Source: Bacteroidales bacterium (GTDB lineage Bacteria > Bacteroidota > Bacteroidia > Bacteroidales > UBA932). From it: DNA of 64,000 bases. Location of the stretch: positions 123,795-187,794 of the forward strand of contig JAFYYM010000034.1 in NCBI GenBank assembly GCA_017557535.1, given 5' to 3'. Position numbers and translations under genes: made by a program. The notes beneath the pieces are model-generated. The model saw only the letters and a list, made by a program, of their open reading frames with translations. It was not told where the DNA came from and did no database searches. Below are positions 1 to 8,892 of the stretch, one piece after another; the stretch's first letter is position 1, and the number at the start of each line of letters is the position of its first letter.

Positions 1-1572
1 TGCTACCGAGACGTCGCCAGGAGGATTGAGAAGCTGCACATCGCTTTTGAGAAGTGCTTCCTCCACAAGGGTGACAAGGTGGCTATCTGCGCCCGCAACC
101 AGGTCAACTGGGCTGTGAGTTATCTCGCCGCCATGACCTACGGGGCCGTGGTGGTGCCCATCCTCCACGAGTTCAAGCCCGGGAATATCCACTATCTCGT
201 CAACCACTCCGACGCGAAGGTCTTGTTCGTGGACGACGTGATCTGGGAGGGTTTGAGCCCCGAGGAGATGCCCGGTGTCTATGCGGTGGTGAGAATCAAC
301 ACTTTCCAGCTCCTCTATGCCAAGAATGACCGTATTGTCGAGGCTCGTGAGCACATGAACGAGTATTTCGGAAAGCGCCACCCGAACACCTTCGGACCCG
401 AGGACTTGAATTACTATAAGGATTCGCCCAACGAGCTGGCGATGATCAACTACACCTCTGGGACCTCCGGGTTCTCAAAGGGTGTCATGATCCCCTACAG
501 GGCCCTCTGTTCCAACATACAGTTCGCCAAGCATGTTCTTCCGGAGCTGAACAACAAATCAAACGTTGTCTCCATGCTTCCGACCGCGCACATGTACGGT
601 ATGATGTTCGAGTTCCTGTTCGAGATGTCCATTGGAATGCATGTCCATTTCCTGACCAGGATTCCGAGCCCGAAAATCATCACCCAGGCACTTCAGGAGG
701 TCAAGCCCAACATCATCATAGCCGTTCCCCTCATCATCGAGAAGGTGTACAAGTCCAAGATCCAGAAGACTATCGAGAAAGGTAGCATAAAGACCATGCT
801 CAGGATTCCAGTCTTGAACGAGATGGTGCGCAAGAAGATACGCACCGAGCTTGTCACCGCATTCGGAGGGAGCTTCGTCGAGGTTATCATGGGAGGAGCC
901 GCTTTCAACAAGGAGGTGGAGAAGTTCTTCTGGGACATTGACTTCCCTTACACCGTCGGCTACGGCATGACAGAGTGCGCCCCGATCATCACCTACGCCC
1001 ATTTCAACGACAAGAAGCTTTATTCTTGCGGTAAGGCGGCCTATAATATGAAGATAAGGATTGATTCCGAGGATCCTGAGAGGATTGAGGGTGAGATACA
1101 GTGCAAGGGACCTAACATGGCCCTGGGATATTTCAAGAACGATGAGGCCACCGCGAGCCTGTTCACCGAGGACGGTTGGATGAGGACCGGAGACATGGGT
1201 ATCATCGATAAGGATGGCTACCTCTTCATCAGGGGGCGCAGCAAGTGCATGATCCTTGGTCCCAACGGCCAGAACATCTATCCAGAGGAGTTGGAATCCG
1301 TCATCAATGCCGTGTCTTATGTGGTTGATTCCCTGGTCATAGAGGATAATGGCGGGCTGACTGCCCTCATCTATCCGGACTACCATCAAGCGGAGCTGGA
1401 CGGACTGACCCGTGACCAGCTTGAGAAGACTTTGAACGATCTCCTCCCCGACATCAACAAAGAGATTCCCGGCTACGCCCAGATCCGCAAGATTGAGTTC
1501 ATGCCGGAAGATTTCGAGAGGACACCCAAGCGTTCAATCAAGAGATATCTTTACCAGAGAAACGCCAAATAA
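1..1572 (+). CDS. Long-chain fatty acyl-CoA synthetase (AMP-binding), 5'-truncated by the window edge
   Basis: Frame open from base 1 (CYRDVARRIEKLH...); AMP-binding motifs YTSGTSG, GYGMTE, RTGDMG, GQNIYPEE. Confidence 0.9.
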   Translation, partial: CYRDVARRIEKLHIAFEKCFLHKGDKVAICARNQVNWAVSYLAAMTYGAVVVPILHEFKPGNIHYLVNHSDAKVLFVDDVIWEGLSPEEMPGVYAVVRINTFQLLYAKNDRIVEAREHMNEYFGKRHPNTFGPEDLNYYKDSPNELAMINYTSGTSGFSKGVMIPYRALCSNIQFAKHVLPELNNKSNVVSMLPTAHMYGMMFEFLFEMSIGMHVHFLTRIPSPKIITQALQEVKPNIIIAVPLIIEKVYKSKIQKTIEKGSIKTMLRIPVLNEMVRKKIRTELVTAFGGSFVEVIMGGAAFNKEVEKFFWDIDFPYTVGYGMTECAPIITYAHFNDKKLYSCGKAAYNMKIRIDSEDPERIEGEIQCKGPNMALGYFKNDEATASLFTEDGWMRTGDMGIIDKDGYLFIRGRSKCMILGPNGQNIYPEELESVINAVSYVVDSLVIEDNGGLTALIYPDYHQAELDGLTRDQLEKTLNDLLPDINKEIPGYAQIRKIEFMPEDFERTPKRSIKRYLYQRNAK

Positions 1573-1976
1573 TGGAGAAATTCGACCATAGATACCTTGA
1601 GATGGCCGGTGTTTGGGCCAAGAACTCATATTGCAAGAGACGTCAGGTCGGAGCCTTGATAGTCAAGGACCGAATGATCATCTCAGACGGTTACAACGGC
1701 ACTCCTTCCGGTTTTGAGAACATTTGCGAGGACGAAAACGGTGTGACAAAGCCGTATGTCCTGCACGCTGAGGCGAACGCCATCACCAAGGTGGCAAAAT
1801 CCGGCAACAGCAGTGAGGGGGCGACTCTTTATGTGACCGCGTCTCCCTGCCTGGAGTGCTCTAAATTGATCATCCAATCCGGCATCAAGAGAGTTGTGTA
1901 TAAGGACGAATATCGCCTGACGGACGGTATTGACCTATTGCGAAGGGCTGGGATTGAGGTTGAGAAGGTAGATTAA
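1572..1976 (+). CDS. dCMP deaminase family protein
   Basis: HAEANAI and SPCLEC zinc motifs; SYCKRRQVGA N-terminus. Confidence 0.9.
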   Translation: MEKFDHRYLEMAGVWAKNSYCKRRQVGALIVKDRMIISDGYNGTPSGFENICEDENGVTKPYVLHAEANAITKVAKSGNSSEGATLYVTASPCLECSKLIIQSGIKRVVYKDEYRLTDGIDLLRRAGIEVEKVD

Positions 1977-1978
1977 GA

Positions 1979-3553
1979 ATGAGAAAGATTTCCCCCATCC
2001 TGATAGCTGTCCTGGGCATCATCGTCGGTGCCCTCGCCGTCACTACATATAATGCTTACCGCCAGAAGAAACATTATCTCAATGTCCAATACGGTCAATG
2101 GCGCAAGCTCAACTTGATCCTGGACCAGATTGACAAGAATTATGTCGACACTGTGGACAACGAGAGTGTGACCGAGGCCGCTATTGTGGCGGCCCTCTCC
2201 AGGCTTGACCCTCACTCAGTCTACATGCCACCCGTGGAACTAAATGAAGCTGAGACGGATTTGGCCGGCAATTTCGATGGGATAGGAATACAGTTCAATG
2301 TCCCTAACGACACGGCCACCGTAATCGAGGTCATCCAAGGTGGCCCTTCGGAGAAAGCCGGATTGCAGCAGGGTGACAGGATCCTGAAAGTTGACGACAA
2401 GGTCATCGCCGGCGTCAAATTCCCGCAAGACAGCATGGTGAGAAGGATGAAGGGACCCGCCGGATCGAAAGTTAAGATAACTGTGGGCAGAGGCAAAGAG
2501 AACATTGTCTTCGACATCACCAGAGGGAAGATTCCGGTTCACTGTGTGGATGCCGCTTTCATGGCGAACGACACGACAGGATACATAAAACTGGCGAAGT
2601 TCTCCAAGACAACTTTCAGCGAGGTCAGCAACGCTTCCATGAAACTCCTGTCCCAAGGCATGAAGAAGCTAATCCTGGATCTCAGGGATAATTCCGGCGG
2701 ATATTTTGACCAGGCGCTCCTACTAAGCGACATGTTCCTCGAAAAGGGAGATGAGATCGTCTACATGCAAGGTCTCCACCGAAAGAAGGAAGACTACAAG
2801 GCGGACGGGAAAGGCATTCTTAAGAATGTCTCGCTCATGGTATTAATCAATGAATCAACAGCTTCCTCAAGTGAGATTTTCGCCGGAGCCATCCAGGACA
2901 ATGACAGGGGGACCATCATCGGAAGACGTTCCTTTGGAAAGGGGTTAGTCCAAGAGCCACTCTATTTCAGCGACGGATCAGGAGTCAGGTTGACAGTGGC
3001 AAGATTCTACACCCCCTCCGGAAGATGCATTCAGAAGCCATATTCCGATGACTACCGCTACGACATTTACAAGCGATACTCCGAAGGGGAGATGTACGAT
3101 GCGGACAGCATCAAGGTCGACTCCACCGCCGCTTATAAGACTGTCGCCGGAAGGACAGTCTACGGAGGGGGTGGTATTATCCCCGACATCTTCGTCCCTG
3201 TGGACACTACAAGGGCTACGGATTTCTATATCGCCTGTAACAGGAAAGCCACACAGATGAGGTTCTCGTCAACCATATTTGACAAGTACAGGAGCACTAT
3301 CTCCGGAATCGAGGACTTTGACGAGTTGAACCGCACTCTTGACAAGATGGATATTCCCACCAAGTTCCGCGAATATGCGTCAAGAGTGGACGGGATCTCT
3401 TGTTCCACGCAGGAGTGGGAACAGACTAAGGAATACCTGCTCCCGCAGTTACGGGCGCTGATAGGTCGATATTCAAAACTTGGAGAAAACGCTTTCTACA
3501 AGATGTACCTCGATGTGGACACCACGATTCGCAAGGCTATTGAACAGGAATGA
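1979..3553 (+). CDS. S41 family C-terminal processing protease (PDZ + S41)
   Basis: N-terminal TM; GIG/PDZ region, LDLRDNSGG, TASSSEI, SFGKGLVQ. Confidence 0.9.
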   Translation: MRKISPILIAVLGIIVGALAVTTYNAYRQKKHYLNVQYGQWRKLNLILDQIDKNYVDTVDNESVTEAAIVAALSRLDPHSVYMPPVELNEAETDLAGNFDGIGIQFNVPNDTATVIEVIQGGPSEKAGLQQGDRILKVDDKVIAGVKFPQDSMVRRMKGPAGSKVKITVGRGKENIVFDITRGKIPVHCVDAAFMANDTTGYIKLAKFSKTTFSEVSNASMKLLSQGMKKLILDLRDNSGGYFDQALLLSDMFLEKGDEIVYMQGLHRKKEDYKADGKGILKNVSLMVLINESTASSSEIFAGAIQDNDRGTIIGRRSFGKGLVQEPLYFSDGSGVRLTVARFYTPSGRCIQKPYSDDYRYDIYKRYSEGEMYDADSIKVDSTAAYKTVAGRTVYGGGGIIPDIFVPVDTTRATDFYIACNRKATQMRFSSTIFDKYRSTISGIEDFDELNRTLDKMDIPTKFREYASRVDGISCSTQEWEQTKEYLLPQLRALIGRYSKLGENAFYKMYLDVDTTIRKAIEQE

Positions 3554-4694
3554 CGTACATCTTCACGTCTTCCGCGCTGATAGGATTGCCGCCGAAAATC
3601 AACAGCCTCTCAACGACATTGCATAGCTCCCTTATGTTTCCTGGCCATGACTTCTCTTGAAGAAGCTTGATGGCCTCAGGAGAGAACGGCCTTGATAGCA
3701 AGCCTTTCTCCGTGCTGAGCTGCTCCACGAAATAGTCCACCAATAGCGGGATGTCATCTTTCCTCTCATCAAGGGAGGGCACTTTTATGACAATCACACT
3801 TAGACGGTAATACAGGTCCTCCCTGAAATTACCCTTCTCAATCTCTTTGCGAAGATCCTTGTTCGTGGCCGCCACAACCCTAACATCGACAATGATGTCC
3901 TTGTCACTTCCCACTCTAGAGAGTTTCTTCTCCTGAAGCACCCTCAGCACCTTGGCCTGGGCGGCGAGACTCATATCGCCTATCTCGTCGAGGAACAATG
4001 TCCCGCCATCAGCTTGCTCGAACTTTCCCTTATGCTGTTTAATAGCCGAGGTGAAAGAACCTTTCTCATGACCAAAAAGCTCGCTTTCAATTAGTTCCGA
4101 AGGAATAGCCGCACAGTTGACCTCGATGTAAGGCATAGCGCTCCTGGCGCTCTGCTCGTAAAGGCTTCTCGCGACGAGCTCCTTTCCGGATCCGTTAGGT
4201 CCCATTATCAGCACCCTCGAATCGGTAGGAGCGACCTTGGTGATCATATCCCATATGTGACGTATTGGCTCAGACTCACCTATCATCTTCTGGCCATAGA
4301 CCTTTTTCTTGAGCTGACGATTTTCCTTGACTATGCTCACCTTGTCGGTGGCGTTCTTGATGGTAATGAGTATCCTATTGAGATCCAACGGCTTCTGAAT
4401 GAAATCGAACGCTCCTTTCTTTATGCACTCGACAGCCGTGTCAATGTCTCCGTGACCGGAGATCATCACGATGGCGGAGTCAATCCCATCGGCGACAAGC
4501 TTGTCCAATACCTCAGTGCCGTCCATCCCTGGCATCTTGATGTCACAGAAGATAACATCAAAACGCTCTTTGTCAACTTTAGCCAGAGCGGAAGACCCGT
4601 CCTCAGCGGTATCGACCTCATAACCCTCGTCAGAAAGGATCTCACCCAAAGAGTTCCTTATGGCTCTCTCGTCATCTACAATAAGAATCTTCAT
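3537..4694 (-). CDS. Sigma-54-type response regulator (REC + AAA+), no C-terminal HTH
   Basis: Start re-assigned to MKILIVDD (ATG 4694); Walker A GPNGSGKE, GSFTSA loop, LFLDEI, DLYYRL, WPGNIREL; ends soon after AAA+ domain. Confidence 0.85.
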   Translation of the reverse strand: MKILIVDDERAIRNSLGEILSDEGYEVDTAEDGSSALAKVDKERFDVIFCDIKMPGMDGTEVLDKLVADGIDSAIVMISGHGDIDTAVECIKKGAFDFIQKPLDLNRILITIKNATDKVSIVKENRQLKKKVYGQKMIGESEPIRHIWDMITKVAPTDSRVLIMGPNGSGKELVARSLYEQSARSAMPYIEVNCAAIPSELIESELFGHEKGSFTSAIKQHKGKFEQADGGTLFLDEIGDMSLAAQAKVLRVLQEKKLSRVGSDKDIIVDVRVVAATNKDLRKEIEKGNFREDLYYRLSVIVIKVPSLDERKDDIPLLVDYFVEQLSTEKGLLSRPFSPEAIKLLQEKSWPGNIRELCNVVERLLIFGGNPISAEDVKMYVIPVQ

Positions 4695-4754
4695 AAAGGC
4701 TGTCTTTTCAATCACATCTTTACGCGAATATCGGACTTTTTCCCGGAATTTTGA

Positions 4755-4762
4755 TATTTTTG
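4755..4762 (+). promoter_or_regulatory. Bacteroidota -7 promoter box for cmk
   Basis: TATTTTTG matches TAnnTTTG, 4 nt before ATG 4767. Confidence 0.6.
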
Positions 4763-4766
4763 TCAT

Positions 4767-5453
4767 ATGAACATACCTGACATTATCATAGCCATTGACG
4801 GCTACTCTTCAACCGGAAAAAGCACGCTCGCGAAACTGATAGCCGAGCAATATTCATTCCTCTATCTGGACTCCGGAGCAATGTACCGCGGAGTCACTCT
4901 CCACGCCCTGGAGAACGGGATCATAGACGAGTCCGGAACAATCGATGAGGCACGCCTCAAAACAGCTCTGGAGACCCTGGACCTCGATTTCCGGATTGAC
5001 GGGACATATATCGGAGACCGCCGTGTGGAACAAGAGATCCGCACCCTCGAGGTCTCCAGTCACGTCAGCCCGATCTCAGCCATTCCTTTTGTCAGAGTCT
5101 TTGTGGATGAGAAGCTCCACGCTTTCGGACAACGCAAAAGGGTTGTCATGGACGGCCGAGACATCGGTACCACGGTTTTTCCAAGCGCCGAGGTGAAGAT
5201 ATTCATGACTGCCACTCCTGAGGTCAGAGCCCAGAGACGTTTCGACGAGATGAAAGCGAAGGGGCAGGAGCCGGTCATGGAAGAGGTCATGAAGAACCTC
5301 CTTGAGAGGGATTACATCGATTCCCACAGGGAAGTCTCTCCCCTTTCCCGCGCGGCCGACGCTTATGTCCTGGACAACTCTGACATGACTCTCCATGAGG
5401 AGACCGTCTGGTTCCAAGGACTCTGCCAAGGCAAGTTCGGGATTCTGGAGTAA
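4767..5453 (+). CDS. cmk: Cytidylate kinase
   Basis: IAIDGYSSTGKST P-loop, LDSGAMYR, VMDGRDIGT, RDYIDSHREVSPL. Confidence 0.95.
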   Translation: MNIPDIIIAIDGYSSTGKSTLAKLIAEQYSFLYLDSGAMYRGVTLHALENGIIDESGTIDEARLKTALETLDLDFRIDGTYIGDRRVEQEIRTLEVSSHVSPISAIPFVRVFVDEKLHAFGQRKRVVMDGRDIGTTVFPSAEVKIFMTATPEVRAQRRFDEMKAKGQEPVMEEVMKNLLERDYIDSHREVSPLSRAADAYVLDNSDMTLHEETVWFQGLCQGKFGILE

Positions 5454-6478
5454 TGGCCCTCACTGTCGAGATAGACAAGCGTTCCGGTTTCTGTGGCGGG
5501 GTTATCCGCGCCATCAGCAAAGCCGAGGAGTTCCTGGACTCACACCCCGGGAAGAAGCTTTATTCCCTCGGGGCGATAGTCCACAATGAAGCCGAACTGG
5601 AAAGACTTGGCCGGAAGGGACTCGTGACCATCGGCCATGACGACATCGGCAATATTCAAGCCCCTGAGAATGAAACGGTTCTGATTAGGGCGCACGGCGA
5701 GCCGCCATCCACTTATAAGCTCACCCGAGAGGCTGGGATCAACCTCATAGATTGCACCTGCCCTGTCGTCCTGAAACTCCAGAAAGACATCCGCGACGTT
5801 TATTCACGCCTCAATGGCGGCGTGACCCGCTCCAGCGGCTCGACCGCCTCGCTTCGCTCGGCCCCACCGCTCGCTTCGCAAAGCGAAGCTCCGGTCCCCC
5901 CTCTTAACGTGCCGAGGGTGGCAATGGTCTCGCCATCTGGACAGGCCACGCCGCCGAGAGGGCAGATCATCATCTATGGGAAGATCGGTCATGCGGAGGT
6001 GCTGGGGCTGCTGGGGCAGGTAGGAGGTGACGCGGTGGTGATTGAGAATATGGACATGCTTCTCTCAGCGCTGGAGTCCGGGACTATCAGGACGGATGTC
6101 CCGCTGGAGATATTCTCACAGACAACAAAGAGTCCGACCGAATATTCCGAGATCTGCTCTGTCTTGTCCGAGAGGGCCAAAGCCGGACTGACCGTCCACA
6201 ACACGATTTGCAAGCAGGTCGCATCGAGGCATGAGGAACTCGCCGAGTTCGCCTCATCACACGACATAATCATTTTTGTGTCAGGAGTTTCCAGTTCCAA
6301 CGGAAAAGTCCTCTGCGACCTATGCCGCTCCAGGAATCCCAGAACCTATCACATCTCAGACCCGAAGGAGATAGATCCCTCCTGGTTCGGTCCAGATGAA
6401 AGCGTTGGTGTGTGTGGCGCCACCTCCACCCCCCACTGGCTTCTAGAGGAAGTCGCCCAGACAATATTATTTGCATGA
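5453..6478 (+). CDS. ispH: 4-hydroxy-3-methylbut-2-enyl diphosphate reductase with ~47-aa in-frame insertion
   Basis: GFCGGV, IVHN, RAHG, DCTCPVV, GHAEV, FSQTT, NTIC, SSNG, GATSTP motifs. Confidence 0.95.
   Translation: MALTVEIDKRSGFCGGVIRAISKAEEFLDSHPGKKLYSLGAIVHNEAELERLGRKGLVTIGHDDIGNIQAPENETVLIRAHGEPPSTYKLTREAGINLIDCTCPVVLKLQKDIRDVYSRLNGGVTRSSGSTASLRSAPPLASQSEAPVPPLNVPRVAMVSPSGQATPPRGQIIIYGKIGHAEVLGLLGQVGGDAVVIENMDMLLSALESGTIRTDVPLEIFSQTTKSPTEYSEICSVLSERAKAGLTVHNTICKQVASRHEELAEFASSHDIIIFVSGVSSSNGKVLCDLCRSRNPRTYHISDPKEIDPSWFGPDESVGVCGATSTPHWLLEEVAQTILFA
5816..5955. repeat. 140-nt palindromic element with terminal inverted repeats, in-frame in ispH
   Basis: Left GGCGGCGTGACCCGCTCCAG (5816-5835) pairs imperfectly with right CTGGACAGGCCACGCCGCC (5937-5955); internal perfect hairpin GCTTCGC-AAA-GCGAAGC (5873-5889). 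Confidence 0.8.
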
Positions 6479-6501
6479 AAAAAGTCAATTAGTTAAATTT
6501 G
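6470..6501 (+). promoter_or_regulatory. Full Bacteroidota promoter (-33/-7) for efp
   Basis: TTTG (6470-6473), 20-nt spacer, TAAATTTG (6494-6501). Confidence 0.75.
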
Positions 6502-6539
6502 CATGATTGATGGTTATTGATTTTTAATTCATTCAGTAT

Positions 6540-7106
6540 ATGGCAACAACAGCAGATTTCAAGAACGGACTGTTCATCAGCTACAACGGCAAGCCTTGCC
6601 AGGTAGTCTATTTCCAGCATGTCAAACCCGGAAAGGGCCCCGCTTTCGTCAAGACAAAGCTCCGCAACCTCGAGAACGGAAGGATCCTTGAGAACACTTT
6701 CACCGCTGGCATGAAGATCGACGTCATCACTGTTGAGAGACGTCCCTACCAGTTCCTCTATTCCGATGAGGACGGTTTCAACTTCATGCATGAGGAGACC
6801 TTCGAGCAGATCCACCTGCCTCACGACGTGGTCGAGAATTCCGACCTAATGAAAGAGGGACAGCATGTGGAGATGATGTTCGTCGTCGAGCCTGAGGAGA
6901 AGTGCCTGACCTGCGAGCTTCCAACTTATGTGACTCTTGAGGTCACCTATGCCGAGCCCGCGGTGAAGGGTAACACCGCTTCAACAAGCGCCCTTAAGGA
7001 GGTCACTCTCGAGACCGGCGCTAAGGTGATGGTTCCCCTCTTCATCAACCAGGGAGAGAAGATCACTGTCAACACCACCGACCGCAGCTACGGGCAGAGG
7101 GTGTAG
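6540..7106 (+). CDS. efp: Elongation factor P
   Basis: HVKPGKGPAFV loop, VKGNT, VPLFI motifs, 188 aa. Confidence 0.97.
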   Translation: MATTADFKNGLFISYNGKPCQVVYFQHVKPGKGPAFVKTKLRNLENGRILENTFTAGMKIDVITVERRPYQFLYSDEDGFNFMHEETFEQIHLPHDVVENSDLMKEGQHVEMMFVVEPEEKCLTCELPTYVTLEVTYAEPAVKGNTASTSALKEVTLETGAKVMVPLFINQGEKITVNTTDRSYGQRV

Positions 7107-7129
7107 CCCTATTCTCATCATTATCAAGT

Positions 7130-7169
7130 AAAGAAAAACGGACAGCCGAATGACTGTCCGTTTTTCTTT
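7130..7169. terminator. Intrinsic terminator after efp (bidirectional architecture)
   Basis: Perfect 16-bp inverted repeat AAAGAAAAACGGACAG / CTGTCCGTTTTTCTTT, 8-nt loop. Confidence 0.85.
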
Positions 7170-7183
7170 ACGGGAAATAATGC

Positions 7184-7191
7184 TAAATTTG
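7184..7191 (+). promoter_or_regulatory. -7 promoter box for dnaX
   Basis: TAAATTTG, 6 nt before ATG 7198. Confidence 0.6.
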
Positions 7192-7197
7192 TATGTT

Positions 7198-8880
7198 ATG
7201 TCAGAATATATCGTATCAGCGAGAAAATACCGCCCGGATTCATTTGAGACACTGATCGGGCAGGACACTATAGCCCAGACCCTGAAGAACTCCATCATCA
7301 GGGGAAAACTGGCGCACGCCTACCTGTTCTGCGGCCCCCGCGGCGTCGGGAAGACGACGACAGCGAGGATATTCGCGAAAGCCATCAACTGTTCCAATCC
7401 ATCCCCTGAGATGGAACCTTGCGGACAGTGTGAGTCCTGCATCTCTTTCCAGGAAGGACGGTCATACTGCATCCATGAACTTGACGCCGCGTCGAACAAC
7501 GGAGTCGAGGACATAAAAAACCTGATGGACCAGGTGCAAATTCCACCGCAGGTCGGGAAATATAGCGTCTACATCATAGACGAGGTCCACATGCTCTCGA
7601 CCGCCGCCTTCAACGCCTTCCTCAAAACTTTGGAGGAGCCCCCGGCACACGCCATATTCATCCTGGCCACCACAGAGAAGCACAAGATACTCCCCACTAT
7701 CCTCTCAAGGTGCCAGACCTACGACTTCAACAGGATATCAATCCCTGACATGGTCTTCAACCTGAGGAATATAGCCGCGAAGGAGGGTGTAAAGATAGAC
7801 GACGAGTCGCTGCATGTCATCGCCCAAAAAGCCGACGGCGCCATGAGAGACGCTCTCACGATTTTCGACCAGACGGTGGCGTTTTGCGGCACGGACGTGA
7901 AATATGAGGACGTGATCCGGAATCTGGGTGTCCTGGACTATGACTATTCTTTCGCCCTCGTGGATGACTTCCTCGCAGGGGATTACGGTAAGGCTCTCCT
8001 GACCTTTGACGAGATCCTTTCCAAAGGTTTCAACGCCTTGCACTTCTGCTCCGCTCTCAGCTCACACCTCAGGGACCTGATGGTTACTAAGAACGGAGGA
8101 TTGGAAGCTTTGCTTGAGCTCCCTGAATCCCTTAAAAGCCGGTATGTGGAGCAGGCGACCCGCTGCTCCCTCAAATTCCTTTACGACGCGCTCAGCGTGA
8201 CCACAGCCTGCGAGGCTGGTTACAAGCAGGCAGTCAATCCCAGACTGCACATAGAGTTCGCCCTGATGAAGCTCAGCTTCCTGATGAAGGCTCCGGGGAC
8301 GGCCGATCAGATCGGCCATGACGTGAAAGTGGCGGCAGGAGCTGAAGGGAGGGAGATCAGCAAACCCGCGGAACCAACTCAAGCTTTGCCTCGGGAGCGG
8401 AAACGTCCGGCTAAGACTGGCTCCGCCCTGTCGCTGAATGCGATCCTGGAAGAGGAAGAAACCAAGAAAGTCGAGAAAAAAGCCCCGGTCATCTCTGATG
8501 AGATGCCTGATGATGAGACCATTTTGAGTGCCTGGAAAGCGATTCCCGAGGAATTCAAGGCGATGAGCCAGATCCGCCTTGCCAACACACTGGAAAACGC
8601 CGAGGTCGAGATCGAGACCACCGGGGATGGCAAGACGGTCACATTCAAGGTCAGTAACGAGGCCCAGAGGAAATGGATTCAGGAGAACAGGCTCCTTTCT
8701 CTGGAAGGAAATTTGCAGAAGAAAACCGGATCCTCCAAGATCCGCCTTGAGGTAGGTGTGATTCCCATGGAGGAGAAAGAGGCCCAGCCCTATACGGATC
8801 AGGAGAAGGCCTCCGCCCTCATGGGACAGAACGGAGAACTGAGGAACCTTGTGAAGGATTTCGGGTTGGAGACAAGATAA
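7198..8880 (+). CDS. dnaX: DNA polymerase III subunit gamma/tau
   Basis: Start re-assigned to MSEYIVSARKYRP; GPRGVGKTT, CGQCESC, DEVHML, FLKTLEEPP, ILSRC. Confidence 0.95.
   Translation: MSEYIVSARKYRPDSFETLIGQDTIAQTLKNSIIRGKLAHAYLFCGPRGVGKTTTARIFAKAINCSNPSPEMEPCGQCESCISFQEGRSYCIHELDAASNNGVEDIKNLMDQVQIPPQVGKYSVYIIDEVHMLSTAAFNAFLKTLEEPPAHAIFILATTEKHKILPTILSRCQTYDFNRISIPDMVFNLRNIAAKEGVKIDDESLHVIAQKADGAMRDALTIFDQTVAFCGTDVKYEDVIRNLGVLDYDYSFALVDDFLAGDYGKALLTFDEILSKGFNALHFCSALSSHLRDLMVTKNGGLEALLELPESLKSRYVEQATRCSLKFLYDALSVTTACEAGYKQAVNPRLHIEFALMKLSFLMKAPGTADQIGHDVKVAAGAEGREISKPAEPTQALPRERKRPAKTGSALSLNAILEEEETKKVEKKAPVISDEMPDDETILSAWKAIPEEFKAMSQIRLANTLENAEVEIETTGDGKTVTFKVSNEAQRKWIQENRLLSLEGNLQKKTGSSKIRLEVGVIPMEEKEAQPYTDQEKASALMGQNGELRNLVKDFGLETR
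8299..8323 (-). repeat. CGTC-tagged REP-like palindrome inside dnaX
   Basis: Minus strand CGTC-ATGGCCGATC-T-GATCGGCCGT; perfect core GGCCGATC-A-GATCGGCC at 8301-8317. Confidence 0.6.
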
Positions 8881-8892
8881 AGCGTATTCGAA

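Noticed and set aside
5630-5642. ATCGGCCATGACG in ispH, identical to one arm of the dnaX REP
   Set aside because: No partner arm, and it encodes an ordinary-length part of IspH (TIGHDD).
7139-7148. CGGACAGCCG in the efp terminator matches the left arm of the metG element
   Set aside because: Only 10 nt; the hairpin is fully explained as an intrinsic terminator.
8475-8498. Possible dnaX -1 frameshift (G AAA AAA with TGA soon after in the -1 frame)
   Set aside because: Not the canonical A AAA AAG in frame, no convincing stimulatory hairpin or SD-like element; a nearby off-frame stop is expected by chance.
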